This document shows, piece after piece, positions 63,001 through 64,000 of a stretch of DNA of 64,000 nt. Below the pieces are notes generated by a model. That model saw nothing but the letters and a program-made list of their open reading frames with translations. It had not been told where the DNA came from and did not search any database. The DNA is from Candidatus Omnitrophota bacterium (GTDB taxonomy: Bacteria; Omnitrophota; Omnitrophia; Omnitrophales; Aquincolibacteriaceae), in NCBI GenBank assembly GCA_023247055.1, contig JAHFHF010000006.1, positions 600-64,599 on the forward strand, read 5' to 3'. The position numbers were made by a program, and so were the translations under genes. The stretch's first letter is position 1. Each line of letters begins with the position of its first letter.

Positions 63001-64000
63001 ACCCAGGCCGATCAGGACGAAATTTTTACCGAAATCGGCATGCTTGTGCTTGATTCGCTGACCAATCATGTCTTTGAGCAGGGGACGACCGAGCAGGAAA
63101 TGACGCTCTTTGCCATGATGTCGTCGGTTTTTGGCGAAAGCATGGGGCCGATCAAATATTTTGATACGGAACTCGAGTTTGACAAGAAGATGAATTATCT
63201 GCGCCAGGGCGGCGACCCGGCGTCCGGTAAGCGCCTGACACCGCTGGAAGTTTTAAGTGAATGGTTTGAAGAAGGCTTCCTGACCGACTCTGAGTTTCTG
63301 CAGTTTACGGATGCGAAGTCAGCTTCCAAGACCCAGCCCCTGGAAAAAATCATCGCCACGCTCAAAAGCCAGACCGTTTTCGGTGAACCGCGTTTCAATC
63401 ATGTGATTGCGCCCAACGGTGCTGTGACGCCTGTCAATGGAACCTATGCGAAAAAGATGGAAGAAATCCGGCGCAAATATATTCTCGCCGGAAAAGTCCC
63501 GGCTAATGCGTGGCGTAACGCCGTGATGGGCGATCTGCATTATGCGCTCGGGACGCCTTCGGCGCCGGCGCCCACGGAAATCCGCAAAGACGGTACGCTG
63601 ATCAATAAATACCATTACACGGGTTTTAGCAGCGGAGAATATGGTTTGCTGGCCCTGGGCAGCCAGCTTTGTGAAGACGCTGTGAATCTGGCTTGCAACG
63701 ATTCAGCTCCGATTACCGGAGATTTAAACAATATATTCCAGGGGTTGGGACTTATTTTTAGCACGTTTGATGAGGCGTCGGGAAAATGGAATGCGCCCGC
63801 TTTCTTTGCGATGAATGCGAATACCGATTTTCTAGACTTAGTCGGGGGTTCAACGGGACTCTCGAATGGGGTCAAACATGGTTTGTTCGATATTAACCAT
63901 GCTCTTATGGATGGCGATTATCAATATTCTGCGACCGCCGATGTATCGGACAATAAAGTTCTCTCAAAGTTCCTCTATGGCGGTGGCGGCGGAGGCCTTG
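1..64000 (+). CDS. Giant extracellular/surface multidomain protein, partial at both ends (>21,300 aa in window, frame +1)
   Basis: Frame +1 translates as sensible protein with GC-rich third positions wherever read, from ccg aac tcc gaa (PNSE) to ctc tat ggc ggt ggc (LYGGG). The + strand ORFs in the track start in frames 2 or 3. Any frame +1 stop would have yielded a reported ORF from GTG31 or ATG91. Confidence 0.96.
7975..8370 (+). other. CBM6/CBM35-like beta-sandwich followed by a dockerin-like Ca-binding loop
   Basis: INLTADGFYQVGLSA...FHVFLDG...VKLRLTPGEHDLKIVW...LRVRRVFV, then ADLNGDGAVNDADEALL (loop Asp at 8323). Confidence 0.6.
9307..9840 (+). other. Dockerin-like loop / CBM6-35-like sandwich / dockerin-like loop cassette
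   Basis: DVDKNGLADAQDF (9307), then FTYTFDAPSAGDFMLGL...FDVFVDG...VTLAAGTHQFRFVW, then DLNQDRRIDEKDQALFL (9790). Confidence 0.65.
10060..11130 (+). other. Dockerin-bracketed CBM-like sandwich containing a second, nested galactose-binding-like domain (~10380-10790)
   Basis: DLNKDGLINEADD (10060), then EAGDYRIGLSAR [insert: GRVYFKRTGDTAWDEERSVDFDLIADGNAHEYILSMNDSELWNGTITGLKIVP] YAVVVDG...IQLNAGAHHIDI, then DLNADNYVNEADARIL (11068). Confidence 0.6.
11773..12240 (+). other. Dockerin-like loop followed by a CBM6/35-like sandwich
   Basis: DLDGDGLVTFADQALM (11773), then AYYNIMLRAQ...LAVAVDG...ANGAHTISLRWLN...LAIDRLRV. Confidence 0.6.
12340..12710 (+). other. ILEI/PANDER-like (GG-type lectin, PF15711-like) domain
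   Basis: FYWAEVDENTGAIL...AQFLLDVETLPEGRILAAASWD...LARALERLGSKLIRSMDGAHEWAFAGVKGLPPGSASEQ matches the family pattern VD..TG...LP.G.IV..A..D...AL..LGS...WAF.G.KG. Confidence 0.75.
13033..13570 (+). other. Dockerin-like loop / CBM6-35-like sandwich / dockerin-like loop cassette
   Basis: DVFSDGQLDGADQDLL (13033), then VEVPEDGLYSVGLAAR...VDVYVDD...LDLTAGAHTIHF, then DLNHNQSIDTGDETIL (13513). Confidence 0.65.
18952..19890 (+). repeat. Array of ~10 dockerin/EF-hand-like Ca-binding loop-helix motifs
   Basis: DLDQNG, DINGDG, DVNHDR, DINRDG, DVNNDG, DINGDG, DVNRNG, DYDASG, DINNDG and DVNEDG, mostly followed by (V/I)DxxD and an amphipathic helix. Confidence 0.88.
21532..22074 (+). other. DUF1080 / concanavalin-A-like beta-jelly-roll domain
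   Basis: IDFTK...GWAPETGSWRIMAG...TDFTLSVDLSF...GSVLFNVMDRDNAY...YRMQIRVESGKITLAMND...GGAVALAGKGRDVQFDNIVL. Confidence 0.75.
22171..24460 (+). repeat. Array of ~20 dockerin/EF-hand-like Ca-binding motifs, with a Gly-rich linker at ~22280-22400
   Basis: DINRDE, DITGDG, DVTGDG, DVTQDG, DLNHNG, DLDFDG, DIDQDG, DLTNDG, DINRDG, DVNGDG, DLNQDG, DVNADG, DIDHSG, DVTGDK, DLTRDN, DLTGDF, DIDQDN, DVTGDG, DVTRDR and DITGDR. Confidence 0.9.
24916..24957. repeat. Intragenic inverted repeat, copy 1 (cagggacaggtcc-N16-ggacctgtccctg)
   Basis: Perfect 13-bp stem; reads in frame as QGQVQPGTQPDLSL. Confidence 0.85.
25450..25580 (+). other. Degenerate DUF4214-like motif
   Basis: LVTQLARSNLGREPTPDEIRAAVAGLAAGETLEQTAGRLL. 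Confidence 0.5.
26566..26593. repeat. GTAG-family REP-like palindrome inside the CDS
   Basis: ggagtggcaattcatgaattgccactac contains a perfect 24-bp palindrome (26568-26591) and ends in CTAC; reads GVAIHELPL. Confidence 0.8.
26914..26994. repeat. Intragenic inverted repeat, copy 2, with a duplicated left arm
   Basis: cagggagaggtcc-N16-ggacctgtccctg (26953-26994, one mismatch), preceded 39 bp earlier by cagggacaagtccagttagccgctca. Confidence 0.8.
27401..27437. repeat. Intragenic inverted repeat, copy 3 (agggacaggtcc-N13-ggacctgtccct)
   Basis: Perfect 12-bp stem; reads QGQVQTTQQDLSL. Confidence 0.85.
28207..28231 (+). repeat. GTAG-family REP-like hairpin inside the CDS
   Basis: gtag-gggcgggttctaaaaccgccc: a GTAG foot followed by a gggcgg/ccgccc stem; reads VGAGSKTA. 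Confidence 0.65.
32230..34440 (+). other. Ala/Ser/Thr-rich, charge-poor helical region with several hydrophobic segments
   Basis: Examples: AAILAALVLGLLAASV, AAALAVLAAAYSA, AAASSAALSLAALSHAIVTSGV and AAQMAATALSMIAAAAMIP. Confidence 0.7.
34477..34620 (+). other. DUF4214-like motif
   Basis: AVYEAYRDVLGRDPKGEELAVDLADVLAGKLTTADLKVRLLGSEEYRQ fits Y..LGR.P...E...L..G...LL.SEEY. Confidence 0.72.
34780..35200 (+). other. Peptidase C39-like domain, apparently catalytically inactive
   Basis: QSLHFGISAFTAL...LSAFALQNTAAHAGLELYGRRMTAEELPALKLPAIIHLDGDHFAVLEKADAENVTVREYTG...SVAEFVKHWDGFVM. The His (35080) is kept, but Phe (34807) occupies the D-C-G Cys position. Confidence 0.85.
34849..34876 (+). repeat. 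Short tandem heptamer repeat (caagact/cacgact/caagact/ctcgact)
   Basis: Four adjacent 7-mers ending in gact, inside the C39-like domain. Confidence 0.7.
36082..36400 (+). repeat. Cluster of four dockerin/EF-hand-like motifs
   Basis: DVNRDGSVTAAD, DINLDGVVDLLD, DVDADSQLDSDD and NVDQDPAGLVDSSD. Isolated loops also occur at ~37891 (DLDTDGDVDYDD) and ~44212 (DVNGDGYL). Confidence 0.8.
38809..41110 (+). repeat. Diverged internal duplication in the helical region (38809-~39550 vs 40357-~41110; offset ~516 aa)
   Basis: AIRRSVDALMQNQITPL...LAGLSESVL...SGLLAER...GAARARLDSIYDRTAL aligns with ALRASMQAVIQSQLEPL...LTALSDAAL...SGLLSDR...GASQNRLASIYNTASL. Confidence 0.7.
55735..56570 (+). repeat. Tandem duplicated ~146-aa module, each copy with a Cys pair and EDxNxNGxLDxxE acidic Ca-binding-type repeats
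   Basis: FTWGQDF...FKCHINAAGGCDV...EDRDGDGLLDGSEDANGNNVLDPGED (55735) and FTWGQDF...FKCHINVAGGCDV...EDINNNGILDLGED...EDINQNGRID (56173). Shared DNA: ttcacctggggccagga and tttaaatgccatatcaa. Confidence 0.85.
56640..57360 (+). repeat. Degenerate YD/RHS-like repeats
   Basis: TTSYTDSEGRRLKAVDAFGNVTRYFY, ETYVLDANNNIT, FDYDRDPATG and RMYYEDGRLVG. Confidence 0.4.

Noticed and set aside
1-64000. NRPS/PKS megasynthase or RTX toxin as the identity of the giant ORF
   Set aside because: I saw no adenylation, condensation, ketosynthase or carrier-protein motifs and no GGxGxDxL nonapeptide arrays. The Asp-rich loops are dockerin/EF-hand type.
1-64000. RNA genes, promoters, transposases
   Set aside because: There is no intergenic space, and I recognised no rRNA, tRNA or transposase sequence.

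Overview
The whole 64-kb window is the interior of one giant gene. Frame +1 reads as coherent protein from base 1 (PNSETIPGELVVNGRYY...) to the last codons (...LSKFLYGGGGGGL). The ORF track lists no frame +1 ORF at all, which is what it would do if that frame had no stop codon. The product is therefore >21,300 aa, with both start and stop outside the window, and the ORFs in the track look like shadow frames. Architecture along the window: (i) ~22 kb of ~65-71-aa beta-hairpin repeats carrying inserted cargo, namely five CBM6/35-like sandwiches mostly bracketed by dockerin-like Ca-loops, a nested galactose-binding-like fold, an ILEI/PANDER-like domain and a DUF1080/ConA-like domain; (ii) long dockerin/EF-hand-like arrays; (iii) a helical stalk containing in-frame REP-like palindromes; (iv) an Ala-rich hydrophobic segment; (v) a DUF4214-like motif, a C39-peptidase-like domain lacking the catalytic Cys, and a double-glycine-leader-like motif right after it; (vi) further coiled coils, unassigned beta domains, a duplicated Cys/Ca-repeat module and YD-like repeats. 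The cysteines I found come in close pairs. This resembles the giant surface proteins known from Omnitrophota/PVC bacteria; that taxonomy is inference. Domain calls were made by eye from motifs, and no database search was run.
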